Made by a program: the position numbers and the translations under genes. The notes below the pieces were generated by a model. It did not search any database, was not told the DNA's origin, and worked only from the letters and a program-made list of their open reading frames with translations. From positions 1-64,000 of the forward strand of contig DAHVQG010000003.1 in NCBI GenBank assembly GCA_027317865.1: a stretch of DNA of 64,000 bases, written 5' to 3'. Origin of the DNA: Bdellovibrionales bacterium. Its GTDB lineage: Bacteria > Bdellovibrionota > Bdellovibrionia > Bdellovibrionales > UBA1609. The first letter of the stretch is position 1; each line of letters starts with the position of its first letter. This document shows positions 31,926 through 40,633 of this stretch, in pieces.

Positions 31926-32137
31926 TTTGACCTCCTAAAAGTCTTGAGGGCCGACTTTGGAGGATATGGACACTATGTACATGTACTCGTAAGCAAGCAG
32001 TTGAACTATTAAACCTACGTTAACACACAACACTGGCATTCCCAACATGCATATCCAGATAAACAAGCTAATTGTAGATTTTCAGCGCTTAGCTTAAACA
32101 AATCGGGAACATACATTTATCGGACAAAGGTCAGCAA

Positions 32138-32368
32138 TCAGCTAAGATTCTTGCGCTTCTTTATTTGCTCGAGACCTAATTCGAGTGCGCGAAGAAAGAC
32201 TGCGTTCTTCTTCAAATTAATCCGACGATACTCCGGCTGGGCCTTTAGAAGTGTTAGTACCGATTCAAATTCCGACACGAATGACTGCTTCTCTTCCTTT
32301 GCCACTCTATAACCGAGCATTGGATAGTTAGCATTGATGTCAGCGCTCTTCTTTTTTCGACTTCCCAT
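32138..32368 (-). CDS. Small basic hypothetical protein (possible DNA binder)
   Basis: 76-aa ORF with a strand-helix-helix-like pattern. Confidence 0.55.
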   Translation of the reverse strand: MGSRKKKSADINANYPMLGYRVAKEEKQSFVSEFESVLTLLKAQPEYRRINLKKNAVFLRALELGLEQIKKRKNLS

Positions 32369-32450
32369 AACCTAATTATTATATAATTTGCTAATAAAAA
32401 TACACTAATTATAGGCTAACGTTTAGGTCTGTTTCCGCCGATAAGTAACT

Positions 32451-32639
32451 ATGTCAAAAACCTATAGGGAGTCACATATGACGTATTTAAAAAGAATTGA
32501 GCGCGAACTGATACTCGATTGGCATAGGTTGCAGCTTGAGACGGTGCCAGCTCTTAAAGCAGCTGCCCTGAGGGCTTACAACATAAAGTGGGCTCTTTAT
32601 CGCAGATCGAAAACGTGGAGCCTTGAATTGGCTCAATAA
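32451..32639 (+). CDS. Small hypothetical protein
   Basis: 62-aa ORF preceded by GCCGATAA (32437-32444). Confidence 0.5.
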   Translation: MSKTYRESHMTYLKRIERELILDWHRLQLETVPALKAAALRAYNIKWALYRRSKTWSLELAQ

Positions 32640-32952
32640 CTGCGAGATCTATGAGGATCCCGTCCGAGAATCCATCAGAGATCCACCAACCTCGACCTGA
32701 AAGCGTCCCGCATCAGCCGGGAAGTACAGGGAATTCACTTTTGAATGATATCGATAAGTAACCGAATTCCGTGTCACTCAAAAAATCCCCAGCCCTGTAA
32801 CTCCTGGAAATTACTCAGCTGGAGGAAAATGGTGGAGGATCGGGGAGATGCCCCTAAACTTTCTTCTCCACATCGACATGCATACAGTGGAGAAATTAAC
32901 TGAAATCTTAGGGGCTTAGCAAGTCAGAAAAACCTAGCTAAGGAGGTTTGCC

Positions 32953-33111
32953 ATGTATCTGACGCCCCGAAAATTCTCGCCGCCGCGATTTTATCTGGAG
33001 AAGAATCCGATTTCGTGGAGAAGAATTCTTCTCCCTCTAAATCGCGCTGGCTACGTGCCCACTAAGCAACGCTTACCAGTTATTTACATCGTGCTTAGTT
33101 GGAGGGCCTAG
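32953..33111 (+). CDS. Putative 52-aa leader/small ORF
   Basis: AGGAGG at 32941 then ATG; MYLTPRKFSPP...IVLSWRA; stop 3 nt before the XRE start. Confidence 0.35.
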   Translation: MYLTPRKFSPPRFYLEKNPISWRRILLPLNRAGYVPTKQRLPVIYIVLSWRA

Positions 33112-33114
33112 ATC

Positions 33115-33525
33115 ATGCATGAAATCAACTCGTTAAATGAATTGTCGACCGTCACGCCGGCCAGTAAGCGCACCGCTCGCGTGATTATGAGCGACGAAGC
33201 ACGAGTTTTACGGGATCTGCGCGAGGCGCGCGGACTTTCCATGAGAGCGCTCGGCGCTTTGATGGGAAAATCCGACAGCTACATTAGCCAGGTCGAAAAC
33301 GGCCGAATGGACGTACCGACAGGCGCGGCGCTTGAAAGATATCTCACCGCCATCGGCGGAATCAATGAGAGGAGCTTTTACGAGCGCGTTCGTCGCTTTC
33401 GTCTGGATGCCGGTCCTTCTTACCGCGACGAACTCATTGAAATTGCGAAAAGGGCGACAGATGCACAAACAAAGCAGATTTTAATTTTAGCAAAGACGAT
33501 TTTGGCAACCCCAATAAATTTTTAA
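33115..33525 (+). CDS. XRE-family HTH transcriptional regulator
   Basis: LRDLREARGLSMRALGALMGKSDSYISQVENG. Confidence 0.92.
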   Translation: MHEINSLNELSTVTPASKRTARVIMSDEARVLRDLREARGLSMRALGALMGKSDSYISQVENGRMDVPTGAALERYLTAIGGINERSFYERVRRFRLDAGPSYRDELIEIAKRATDAQTKQILILAKTILATPINF

Positions 33526-33537
33526 TCGGAGGCAATT

Positions 33538-33723
33538 ATGAATACATTAATCGACTGGATACTTACCTTGGTTTCGGTCGCAGTCATTGGTGTCGGCGGA
33601 ACATACACCGTGAAGCGGGCGTTTACGTGGAGTCGCACGGCTGCTCTCGAAAAAGTGGCACATGGACTCGGGCAACTAGAACCAGCGGCGCAAAAAATGA
33701 CCGGAGGTAAACTCGACTTCTAG
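33538..33723 (+). CDS. Small membrane-anchored hypothetical protein
   Basis: GGAGG RBS; N-terminal hydrophobic helix. Confidence 0.65.
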   Translation: MNTLIDWILTLVSVAVIGVGGTYTVKRAFTWSRTAALEKVAHGLGQLEPAAQKMTGGKLDF

Positions 33724-33785
33724 ATAAGCGAAACGCTGGATGGTCCATAGGTCGGATATAACCAAATTCATTAAAGAGAGAGACT

Positions 33786-34142
33786 ATGGGCAAATTTAAA
33801 CAAATGATGCTTGATGAAGAAACAAGCATTCAATCGGCGAGAAGATTCCATGCCGCAATGGCAGTTTTAAATGCTGACAAAGACCTGAAGCGCAAAGTAT
33901 TACCCTTTGTCGATTTTGCGTTGGAACAAATTGATTGGAACGATTTGTACGATGAGAGTTTTAGCTTGAAGGAATTGGCCACACTCGTTTGGGTCAAGGC
34001 CATATGGTACAATCAGGTTAAGACAGCACGCGATCCCTTCGATGTTGCTTACGTAATGGACAGCGACTTACAGAATGCGGTGCTTGAGGCCCTTGCGATC
34101 CGATGGGGCTTGATGGATTCGTTCGCAGAGGGGGCCGCCTAA
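33786..34142 (+). CDS. Hypothetical protein
   Basis: 118-aa ORF; stop overlaps the resolvase start (TAATG). Confidence 0.7.
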   Translation: MGKFKQMMLDEETSIQSARRFHAAMAVLNADKDLKRKVLPFVDFALEQIDWNDLYDESFSLKELATLVWVKAIWYNQVKTARDPFDVAYVMDSDLQNAVLEALAIRWGLMDSFAEGAA

Positions 34143-34837
34143 TGAACGAACGCAAAGTATGCCTCTACGCGAGAGTGAGCACCGATCAGCAGGCCACAGG
34201 CCTTGAGGCCCAAGTGCGTGCACTAAAAGAATATTGTCGACTAAATAATATCACGCAGTACGAGCTTTACGCTGACGAAGGGATTAGCGGAACAAAGAAC
34301 AGTCGTCCGGCGCTCGACCGCATGATGGCCGAAGTCAGAACTGGCAACGTTGAAACTGTTGTTGTATATTCGTTTTCGAGATTCGCGAGAAGTACAACGC
34401 ATCTTCTTGCAGGGCTTGAAGACATGAAGAAAAACAATACGAATTTTTCGTCGCTTACCGAGCGCATCGATACGAATTCCCCCATTGGAAAAGCCGTGTT
34501 TGTGATCATTTCGGCCATCGCGCAGCTCGAACGCGACTTAATAGCCGAGAGAGTCAAAAATGGTTTAGCCAACGCTCGCGCAAAGGGGCGCTTGATTGGT
34601 AGAAAGAAACTTCGCGATTCAGATTTAATCCGAAAACTTTTAAAGAGTGGGTTAAGTTATCGTGCCTGTGCAGTCATCGCAAAATGTTCGCACGGAAGTA
34701 TCCACCAGGAAAAACTGGCGATGAAACGCGATGAAGCAAAGGCGAAAGAACTCGCGGAACAACAAGCAAAAGAAGAGGCTCTAAAATTGAGTCAAGCAAT
34801 CGAAACTGCTGCACAGTTTCCAGCTCCGGCAGCGTAA
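34142..34837 (+). CDS. Serine recombinase (resolvase/invertase family)
   Basis: YARVST, DEGISG, RPALDRM, SRFARS, ERDLIAERVKNGLANARAKGRLIGR. Confidence 0.95.
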   Translation: MNERKVCLYARVSTDQQATGLEAQVRALKEYCRLNNITQYELYADEGISGTKNSRPALDRMMAEVRTGNVETVVVYSFSRFARSTTHLLAGLEDMKKNNTNFSSLTERIDTNSPIGKAVFVIISAIAQLERDLIAERVKNGLANARAKGRLIGRKKLRDSDLIRKLLKSGLSYRACAVIAKCSHGSIHQEKLAMKRDEAKAKELAEQQAKEEALKLSQAIETAAQFPAPAA

Positions 34838-34861
34838 CAGTTCATTTGGTTTGAAAATCAG

Positions 34862-34888
34862 AAGGGTCCCGACTGGGACCCTTTTTTT
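34862..34888 (+). terminator. Intrinsic terminator after the resolvase
   Basis: AAGGGTCCC-GACT-GGGACCCTTTTTTT. Confidence 0.8.
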
Positions 34889-35277
34889 GCAGGCCAACCG
34901 CTCGGCAAACCTGGTTTTAAATCGCGTCGCTACCGAATGCGGCCATTTAGTTCGCGCCAACAAATTCAGTCAATTAGCCTGCAATCAGTTTTTCGGCGCC
35001 TGCCTGTGTTTGAAGTGGTTTTGATAACACACCTGCCAAACAAATTTTGATTTTCCTAAACGATTTAAACGGTTACTGAGGAAAAATTTAGATCGAGATT
35101 TGTGTAGATTTCATAAATTTCTGCTCGACCGCGTGAGTTTTAATCCATTTAATTTTCATGAATGCTCTCAATTCATGGTTTTCAAATTCTCGAAAAATTA
35201 CTCTGGTCTCGCTACAGTTGTAATCCATCTTGATTAAAAGCCAATGCAAAACTTGTCACAGAAAAATTTTAGTTTCT

Positions 35278-36381
35278 TTAATGTTTGCTAAAATTCGCGT
35301 TTAGCCAGTTAATATTCAGCACTACGGAAGCCTCAACAGGCTCAATCATACCGGCGATTACCATTCCGATCACTTGGCCATTTGAATTGAGTACTGGGCT
35401 CCCGCTGCCCCCAAAATATTCAGCGTTTGTAAATTGCAGCCTTTCTCCATTCAAATTTTGCTTTGGATACCCAGGTACTTCCATTGGTTTGCCAGAAGAA
35501 ATGACCAAGACCCGCCCTGGCGCGTCTTTTGCGCCAATTTTCGCAAATACATGTGTGCTATTCGGATATCCTATTTCATAAGTCCTCGACTGATCGGTTA
35601 GTTGAGTATTATGAGCCATGACAAGTGGCTTTGCGTTTAATGGAGCATCCAAACTAATTTTGATGAATTCCTTGGCAAAATCCTCATCTGTATCTTGAGG
35701 TGTGGTTGTCCAATATGAACGATCAGAGTCACTCGCATCTAACATTGCCTCCCCCGAAGTTTTTACTAAAACTTTATTTTTATAGAGCAATACCGGAATT
35801 CGAATTTGTGCTAACGAAAGGCTTGGATTGTCATTTAGCGTGGTCTTAACCCAGTGGTGAATCGTGTGGGCAGCTGTTGCTAATGTCGATGAATTTCCAG
35901 TTAACCATGCAGTGCCGTCACCTTTTTCCGCAAAGATCGGGCAATTTGAAATCTTCTGATTAAGACAATTTTTAATTTGTAAATTAACCCACTCGTTATT
36001 TGTTTGCATTGCGGGGGCAGGTAAATGCCATATAACGGCTTTACCCTTGGGATACACGATTTCAAAGATTGATTTCTGAACGTTATGAACCCAACCCAGT
36101 TTACTTGAATGTATTTGTCCGGGTTTTCGAAAACCAGTCCAGTTGAGTAGGTCGGACTGCAATTGCATAACACTTTTTTGGAGTGATCTTTGTGCACCGG
36201 ATTCACAATTGCAAAACACCCCTATTTGCGCCGAAGTGGCTTCCAGCGACGGGCCAAAACTACGTCCACTGGTCGAAAAGAGAGTTAATAAAATAATGCC
36301 ACTAGTTCCGGCTGCTTTTAAAACACTCATAAACTCTGTAAAGTAGCAATATTTGAGCCGTAAGTTTATCAATAATTTCAT
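35278..36381 (-). CDS. Secreted trypsin-like (S1) serine protease
   Basis: GTAWL, ATAAHT, IGYP, GGSGSPVLNSNGQVIGM; alternative start 36330. Confidence 0.8.
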   Translation of the reverse strand: MKLLINLRLKYCYFTEFMSVLKAAGTSGIILLTLFSTSGRSFGPSLEATSAQIGVFCNCESGAQRSLQKSVMQLQSDLLNWTGFRKPGQIHSSKLGWVHNVQKSIFEIVYPKGKAVIWHLPAPAMQTNNEWVNLQIKNCLNQKISNCPIFAEKGDGTAWLTGNSSTLATAAHTIHHWVKTTLNDNPSLSLAQIRIPVLLYKNKVLVKTSGEAMLDASDSDRSYWTTTPQDTDEDFAKEFIKISLDAPLNAKPLVMAHNTQLTDQSRTYEIGYPNSTHVFAKIGAKDAPGRVLVISSGKPMEVPGYPKQNLNGERLQFTNAEYFGGSGSPVLNSNGQVIGMVIAGMIEPVEASVVLNINWLNANFSKH

Positions 36382-36464
36382 TTACTTAAATAACCCATTC
36401 GGGCTTTAGATGGTTAATTGTCACTTTTCTGACAAATCTTTTGACAGACATCTAACGCCAGATA

Positions 36465-36493
36465 TTGCTATATGCATATATATATGGCACAAT
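36465..36493 (+). promoter_or_regulatory. Sigma70 promoter with palindromic operator of the toxin-antitoxin operon
   Basis: TTGCTA-N17-CACAAT overlapping the perfect palindrome TATATGCATATA (36469-36480). Confidence 0.6.
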
Positions 36494-36502
36494 GACCTTG
36501 AT

Positions 36503-36754
36503 ATGCCAACGGTTCTGAAGATCATAAACCTCATTTTTATTATCCACACCAAGGACCATGGATATCCGCACGTGACAGTTTATCGTGGTACGCCCGAAAA
36601 CCATGATGCTTATGCCAAGGTGAGATTAGACGAGATTGAGGTCATCGAGCTTCGAGGATTTAAAGCATCGGCTGAGGCAGTCATTTTAGAAATAGTATCC
36701 AAAAACCAAGACGACTGGCTGGAGGTATGGAATGAAACACGCGAGACAAAATAA
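36503..36754 (+). CDS. DUF4160-family putative toxin
   Basis: MPTVLKI....F.I...DH..PHV.V, AKVRL, WLEVWNE. Confidence 0.8.
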   Translation: MPTVLKIINLIFIIHTKDHGYPHVTVYRGTPENHDAYAKVRLDEIEVIELRGFKASAEAVILEIVSKNQDDWLEVWNETRETK

Positions 36755-36998
36755 AAAAATAAAGCATGGCGATGTCGAACTGGGCACCGAATATCTTGAC
36801 CCGAAGAACCAGAAACATCGAGTTACATTTTGGATGGATGGCGATCTTAAGGAAGAACTTATTCGACAAGCCAATGAGGTTGGTGCAGGTTATCAAACCT
36901 ACATGCACAAGCTTTTGAGGGACGCTGCCTTTAAACACCAATCCCTCGGTGATCGTGTCGAAAAACTTGAAAAAGCATTGAAGAGTAAGACTGGTTAA
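36732..36998 (+). CDS. BrnA-like (RHH) antitoxin
   Basis: KHRVTFWMDGDL...L...A...G.GYQTYMHKLLR; overlaps the toxin gene. Confidence 0.78.
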   Translation: MKHARQNKKIKHGDVELGTEYLDPKNQKHRVTFWMDGDLKEELIRQANEVGAGYQTYMHKLLRDAAFKHQSLGDRVEKLEKALKSKTG

Positions 36999-37238
36999 TT
37001 TAGCACTGACTTTTAGTCGGCTTTTCAATACGCCGGCGCGAATCCTAACAGCTCGACGGAATAAAAATAGCCATCTGCCCGGCAGATTCGCAGCCATGCG
37101 ATCTCACTCAAACAAGTGAAATCTGGTCATGTGAAAATTTTCCCACGCGAATCAATCAAATTAATTTGGATTCGAACACCGTACAGAAGAAATACCCATT
37201 GCATTTAATGTCTAAACAGTTCTATAAGGTGAACAGTT

Positions 37239-37661
37239 ATGAAAAATTGGCTTAGCCGCTTTTTGACCCCAAAAAATCAGAATTCTGGCACAAGTTCAGC
37301 GCCGTCTGCACCCCAAGAGTTACTTAATTTTGGAGATCGACCTTATTCCTTTGATGACGACAAAGATGAGTATTTCGCTTTCGGCGAAACGCAATTTTCG
37401 GTTTTAGCTCACGAACCCGGTTTGAGCACAGCGGATGCGGATGGGCCTCGAGTTGAACATGTACACCTTGAAAGAGTAATTGACCTGACTGAACCAAAGA
37501 CGCTGGCTCAATTCAAAATTACGCGCGACGAATTAATACATAAATCAAAAAATTGCGTGCAACTTGCAATTGGCGATGCGGCTCGTAGACGCGGCTTTCA
37601 GGCCCTCATCGTACCGACTCCAAGGGTTAAAGACGGAAAAGTCCTAGTACTGTTTAAATAA
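37239..37661 (+). CDS. Degenerate RES-domain protein
   Basis: RVIDLT, QLAIGDAARRRGFQALIVPT, VLVLF match the RES C-terminal half; the N-terminal half does not. Confidence 0.6.
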   Translation: MKNWLSRFLTPKNQNSGTSSAPSAPQELLNFGDRPYSFDDDKDEYFAFGETQFSVLAHEPGLSTADADGPRVEHVHLERVIDLTEPKTLAQFKITRDELIHKSKNCVQLAIGDAARRRGFQALIVPTPRVKDGKVLVLFK

Positions 37662-38082
37662 TCTTCTATTTGTTTATCGTTTAACAATTGTTGGGTTCAC
37701 ATTGCCGTATCGAAAACAAATCTTACCTGGCATACACGCGATCTGATGAAAACCGATGTTATGACCGAGCTGATGGGGACGACTCCCATGCGGATAGGCA
37801 TTCCATATAAAAGGACGTGCGCCGAATTCTCGTCCCCACGTGCGTGGTCAGTAAGCGGCGGATATTGACCGGAGCGGTGACTTTGAATTGAAGACCAACA
37901 TCGGGGTCAAAGTTCGATTTTGGGCGAAGTCTTTTGAAATCGCCACAGTACCACGCCGACTTTAAGCTGCGTTTTCCTGACCAAAGCTAAAATCTCTACT
38001 TATGACGTTGCTCAGATTCACACAGTTACTTTGGACAGGTCGACGTTTGACCATCTTGAACGATAGCGTAAACCCTGCGTAA

Positions 38083-39678
38083 TCAGCGGTATTGACGAAG
38101 CCGCCCGGCATGTTGAAGCGGTGTTTCGATTTCGTCGCTTTCGGCTAACCAGTTGAGAGACATTAGAAGGTAGGACCTTGGGTCGAGATCGTTTTTCTTA
38201 CACGATTCGATAATTGTGAACAGCGTCGCCGCCGTGTCGGCGCCAGTGTGGGAACCCGAGCCATAATAATTTTTCCGACCGATCACCGCATGGCGGATCG
38301 TTCGCTCGGCTTCGTTATTTGAGAGCGGGATTCTCGTATCGGTCAAAAATAACTCAAAGCCAGGCCAACGCTTACTGATGTACAAAATGGCCTTTCTCTT
38401 TTGCGATCCTTCGCGGGATTTCGGGTATTCATCGAGTAGAAGCTCTTTCAAGTCTCGAACCACCTGGGCACTCTCTGTTGCACGAAGCCCCTTAAGCTCT
38501 GAAAAATTCTTAGCTCGACGCTCGATTTTAAATAATTCATCGATGAGATTTAAAATTGGCGTGACAGTCGGGTCGTGTGATTCGATTTTAAAAAACTCGC
38601 GCCGGGCATGTGCCCAGCAATAAGCATGCGGGATCTTCGCCTCGTCTAAAACTCCGTTATACGTTTCAAGACCATCCGTCACGACGGGCCCCTTATAGCC
38701 CCGCATCTTCTCCATTAAAATTTTTGCCGATCGGGTGGGCTTAAAAAAGTAGTAGCTCCCACATCGATTCGAGATCACCCACATAAAACCATCTCGCTCA
38801 TTTTTATTTTGGATCCCCCAGGGAGTTTCATCGATATGTAGAGCCGTGTCGCTTTCTAAAAGCTCCGATAATATCGCCTCTTGTATCGGCTCAAGTGCCG
38901 AAGCCGCGACAGCGCACAGGCGAGATAGCGTCGAGTTCTGTATACCCTTAAGACCGAGCGATTCCATCTGCCGAACTTGCCGCTCAAGCGGGATGTGGCT
39001 GATATATTTATCCGCCACAACTGACGCCACAAAATCTGTCGTATAGTTCATGCCAGGCATTAGCCCCGGCACAGATGCCGTCAAAATCACATCCTTGTCG
39101 CCGACCTGCACCGTGTAATGCTCCTTGAGCTTATACTTTTTTTTCTTAAAGACTTTTTTGATGTAGCGCCGCTCGATGATTTCAATTTGAGTCAGCCGCT
39201 CAAAAGTGTTCGGGATCTCTTCCCATAAATCCGACCATTTTTCTAAATCGTGCTTTTCGATTCCGCGAAGACGCCCCTCTTCTTCGAACTCACCCTCATT
39301 CATCGACACTTCGATTTCTTGCGTGTCCAAATCCGCAAAGCGGGTTTTGATCGTTTGACCCGATTCATCTCGAACTTCGTCCGTTGGGAACATGGCTTGG
39401 CTAAAAAGTAAGTTATCGCGCTGGCTTTTCGTCCTCGGTCGATCACTCGCATCGGCTCGTTTCTCACGACTGCGGCCAAAAATCGACCGGCGGATCAGCT
39501 TTAGCCTTTCTTCGATAGTAAAACTTCTCTGATCGCGCTTTGCCTGTTCGTCCCGCAGATGTTTGATTTCGTTTTTTTGCCCCTCAATGTGCTCGGCCAT
39601 GTCGGCCATGAGGGCCGCGACAACGTCTGGATGTTCGTTCTTTACGATTTGCTTCATTCGCTCTTTAACGTCCATCAC
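38083..39678 (-). CDS. tnpC: IS66 transposase TnpC
   Basis: LHIDET, VTDG, CWAHARR, SNNEAERTIR..VIGRKN. Confidence 0.95.
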   Translation of the reverse strand: MMDVKERMKQIVKNEHPDVVAALMADMAEHIEGQKNEIKHLRDEQAKRDQRSFTIEERLKLIRRSIFGRSREKRADASDRPRTKSQRDNLLFSQAMFPTDEVRDESGQTIKTRFADLDTQEIEVSMNEGEFEEEGRLRGIEKHDLEKWSDLWEEIPNTFERLTQIEIIERRYIKKVFKKKKYKLKEHYTVQVGDKDVILTASVPGLMPGMNYTTDFVASVVADKYISHIPLERQVRQMESLGLKGIQNSTLSRLCAVAASALEPIQEAILSELLESDTALHIDETPWGIQNKNERDGFMWVISNRCGSYYFFKPTRSAKILMEKMRGYKGPVVTDGLETYNGVLDEAKIPHAYCWAHARREFFKIESHDPTVTPILNLIDELFKIERRAKNFSELKGLRATESAQVVRDLKELLLDEYPKSREGSQKRKAILYISKRWPGFELFLTDTRIPLSNNEAERTIRHAVIGRKNYYGSGSHTGADTAATLFTIIESCKKNDLDPRSYLLMSLNWLAESDEIETPLQHAGRLRQYR

Positions 39679-40095
39679 TTACAATGATGGTGCCATTCCA
39701 ACCGGCAATGCAAATGACTCCCGTTGCGTCACTGATTTTTGTGATTCTGATTTTTGCGGTACAAACGAACGATCAATGAGTGGCCCACGCAAAACACTTC
39801 CGTGAACGATCAATTTTAATTCCTGTAAACTGATTTCGGCTCTACCTAAAAGTTCGGCGTGCGACATAAACCCGCCACGCTCCATTCGCTTTGCAATCAG
39901 CACAAGCCCCGAACCGTCGTAAATTAGTAACTTGAGTCGTCTTCGATTCTTGCCAAAAAAGATATACACATGCCCTTGGTTCATCTCGGCTCCCAAATGA
40001 TGTACGCAAAAACTCAAAAGCTTTTCAAACCCCGCGCGCATGTCGATCGGCTCACGATAAACAAAAACCCGCATGCCACGTTTATCAAAAAACAT
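39679..40095 (-). CDS. tnpB: IS66 accessory protein TnpB
   Basis: PIDMRAGF, FFGKNRRRLKLLIYDGSG...KRMERG. Confidence 0.93.
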   Translation of the reverse strand: MFFDKRGMRVFVYREPIDMRAGFEKLLSFCVHHLGAEMNQGHVYIFFGKNRRRLKLLIYDGSGLVLIAKRMERGGFMSHAELLGRAEISLQELKLIVHGSVLRGPLIDRSFVPQKSESQKSVTQRESFALPVGMAPSL

Positions 40096-40492
40096 CGCGA
40101 CCTCCGCACGCCGTCAATACATCGATGACCATTGCGGCCGGCAACCCCTCGATCAAATACCCATCAGGTGTTGTAACTGTCACAGTTACAAATGCCGCCC
40201 CCTGAATTGGCCGGGCGTCTGTATCCGTCACAGATACAGATCTGCTCTTGGCTATGGTTAGCTGCTTAAAGCCTTCCGCCTTTGACTTTGACCGCCAGGC
40301 GTAAACCGAGTCGGTTGAAATGCCGACAAGCTCCGCCGCCCCTTTGACCGACCCCACGAGTTCACAAAGTTTCATCACGCGATCTTTGATCGCGCGCGGC
40401 CACACTCGACGACGGTTGGCTCCGACTTCCGCTTCATATTGTGCGCGGATTTGTCTTATCTCATTCGCTAAAATTTTAATCTCGGAATTCAT
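40085..40492 (-). CDS. tnpA: IS66 TnpA (HTH)
   Basis: RRRVWP..K, SVKGAAELVGIS...VYAWR; first ORF inside the IR. Confidence 0.85.
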   Translation of the reverse strand: MNSEIKILANEIRQIRAQYEAEVGANRRRVWPRAIKDRVMKLCELVGSVKGAAELVGISTDSVYAWRSKSKAEGFKQLTIAKSRSVSVTDTDARPIQGAAFVTVTVTTPDGYLIEGLPAAMVIDVLTACGGRDVF

Positions 40493-40633
40493 CGCGCCGG
40501 AGTATCGCCGAAAACCGGGAGCCTTAATAGACGTGAATTACGCCGGGGTTACACGATAGCGCCGTTACCTACGGCAAGCGACGCGAACTACATCTTTTAC
40601 GTCGGCAAATTGAACACAAATCAAGATGGTTGG

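Larger units (their letters stand above)
28863..32838. mobile_element. Putative integrase-less island flanked by TGGTGGAGG direct repeats
   Basis: TGGTGGAGG at 28863-28871 and 32830-32838 (reverse complement CCTCCACCA, a tRNA-Ala/tmRNA-type 3' end); CAGGGAA motifs inside both ends. Confidence 0.4.
38068..40552 (-). mobile_element. Intact IS66-family element (2485 bp)
   Basis: Terminal IRs GTAAACCCTGCGTAAT / GTAACCCCGGCGTAAT; 8-bp TSD ACGATAGC at 38060-38067 and 40553-40560; tnpABC. Confidence 0.96.

Noticed and set aside
34889-34982. MITE bounded by GCAGGC/GCCTGC
   Set aside because: Only a 9/12 IR match, no TSD and no second copy in the window.
37680-38050. Gene disrupted by IS66
   Set aside because: Rejoining the flanks gives no recognisable reading frame.
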